Origin: Stylophora pistillata
Lineage: Eukaryota
DNA: 64,000 bases
Assembly: GCF_002571385.2 (NCBI RefSeq)
Contig: NW_019217912.1
Coordinates: 505,380 to 569,379 of the forward strand
Direction: 5' to 3'
Below the pieces are notes generated by a model that saw only the letters and a program-made list of their open reading frames with translations, made no database searches and was not told the origin of the DNA. Positions 62,500-64,000 of the stretch are shown here, one piece after another. A program made the position numbers and the translations under genes. The number at the start of each line of letters is the position of its first letter. Positions within the stretch are counted from its first letter, which is position 1.

Positions 62500-64000
62500 A
62501 AGTCCAATCCCCTTGTCCTTGTCGCGGTAGCCGGAAACAGGTATGTAGGGGAATGCTGTGCAGGGCGAAGTATGATGGGGGGCCTGTTCCCCCTGGGCCT
62601 CTTCGGTAGTCATGAAGGCCTGCTCAGAACCCTGAAACGCCTGGCCAACGGGGCTCTGGTGAAGCTGACGGGCTAATCACCCACTAAGTGGATGAAACTG
62701 ATTACAGAAACCATATTTGTCTTGGGTCAGGAGAACGTCTCCTCGGAGACTAGTATGACGCATCGTGGTAAAAGCTGAAAGAAAGCTACGAGGTCGACTC
62801 CCCTCCTTAACCCCAAGACAACAACATTGTTCGGTACCTGGGATGTCAGGACTATGTACGAGGCTGGAAAGGCTGTACAAATTGCTAATGAAATGACCAT
62901 TTACAAGCTGGCGATATTAGGCCTTTGTGAGACCAGGTGGACTAAGTCGGGCTGCAAAAGGCTGTCAACAGGACAGATTGTACTTTACTCTGGCCACAAT
63001 CATGCTAATGCTCCGCACACAAAGGGGGTTGGCTTTGTGTTGACCATGCAAGCAGCCAAGGCACTCGTAGGCTGGAACCCGGTGTCATCCAGGATCATCA
63101 CGGACAGTTTCCACACCAAGATTAGCCTGCAGTGCCGGCGTATTTTGGGCGCACGAGTGCACATTTTCGTATTAGGCTGCCATCTTAGATTTGGTAACTG
63201 TGGAGGATTGGGGCGAGGAAATCTTTGCCGAGGGAGTAGGTGTTAAGTGGAAAAATGGGCAACGGGGGAGAGGGAGGGGAAAGTATTTTTTCCTTCCCCG
63301 TTGCCCATTTTTCCACTTAACACCTACTCCCTCGGCAAAGATTTCCTCGCCCCAATCCTTCACAGTTACCAAATCTAAGATGGCGGCCTAATACGAAAAT
63401 GTGCACTCGTGCGCCCAAAATACGCCGGCACTACAGGCTATACCAAGATTGGTAAAGTCACGTTCATCCAGTGCTACGCACCTATACAAAAATTAAGCTG
63501 ATGACGATGCAAAGGCTGACTTCTATGAAAGGCTACAAGGTGTCATAGATGGCGTAGCCAATAAAGATCTGATACTGTTGCTGGGAGATCTCAACGCAAA
63601 GGTGGGGAGCGATAACACAAGTTTTGAGACAGTTATGGGAACGTATGATGTTTGGAAAATGAAAGAAAACGGAGAGCTGTTTGCTGACTTCTGTTCCTTT
63701 AACAAGCTAGTGATCGGGGGCGGTGTTTACATAAAGAGGAACATAAGGCGACTTGGGTTTCTCCTGATAACAAGACCGCGAACTAGATTGACAAGCTGAA
63801 AAACCATCACACTAGCTCACAGAGGACAAGCCACAAGTATAACATCGAGTTGTTGAAAGAGGTAGAAACTAAAAACAGGTTCAAGCTCACGTTGCGCAAT
63901 AATTTCCAAGCACTAGCAAGTCTACAGGAGAATGAGTAGCAACCAGGGGTAGAAGAGAGCCAAACGGTAGTCAACAAGGTATGGCAGAGGATAAAAGATA
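62500..64000 (+). mobile_element. RTE-clade non-LTR retrotransposon, 5'UTR + AP endonuclease, decayed, runs off the window
   Basis: FGTWDVRTMY...ILGLCETRW...LYSG...GVGF...VSSRII...IQCYAP...FYERLQ...LLGDLNAKVG...ENGELFADFC; frameshifts. 5' boundary approximate. Confidence 0.9.
63123..63440. mobile_element. Young 318-bp hairpin MITE with TAG...CTA termini and a 9-bp TSD (Academ/AcademH-like)
   Basis: Near-perfect ~150-bp arms. CACCAAGAT at 63114-63122 and TACCAAGAT at 63441-63449. Removing it restores the RTE frame SFHTKI-GKVTFIQCYAP. Confidence 0.9.

Overview
AT-rich eukaryotic (spliceosomal-intron) DNA. The repeat families and genes point to a stony coral genome (inference). The main result is a same-strand cluster of three probably lineage-restricted, low-complexity protein genes: a 3' fragment at 3-365, 26061-28067, and join 31456-32533,33019-34103. 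The two complete genes encode signal peptides and share a 26-aa N-terminal module. They also share a repeated grammar in which modules open after KR/RR with Gln and close with [RK]-[STH]-x-[IVF]-P. One carries two blocks of 9-residue His/Pro/Val repeats. Together they look like polyprotein precursors of a secreted structural material, possibly cnidocyst. Other genes: an intronless LRRC74-like LRR/EF-hand gene, a 4-exon LRRC75-like gene, a ZU5-ZU5-UPA-like gene, two decayed death-fold/caspase-like paralogues and a two-exon alpha-L-fucosidase pseudogene. Mobile elements: Penelope elements with minimal hammerhead ribozymes, RTE, L2/CR1-group and DIRS/Ngaro fragments, an OTU + 2A-like Helitron-type remnant and several MITEs. 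Two alleles appear to be joined at the N at 18205, exposing a probable 4.3-kb indel polymorphism. All calls were made by eye and no database searches were run.
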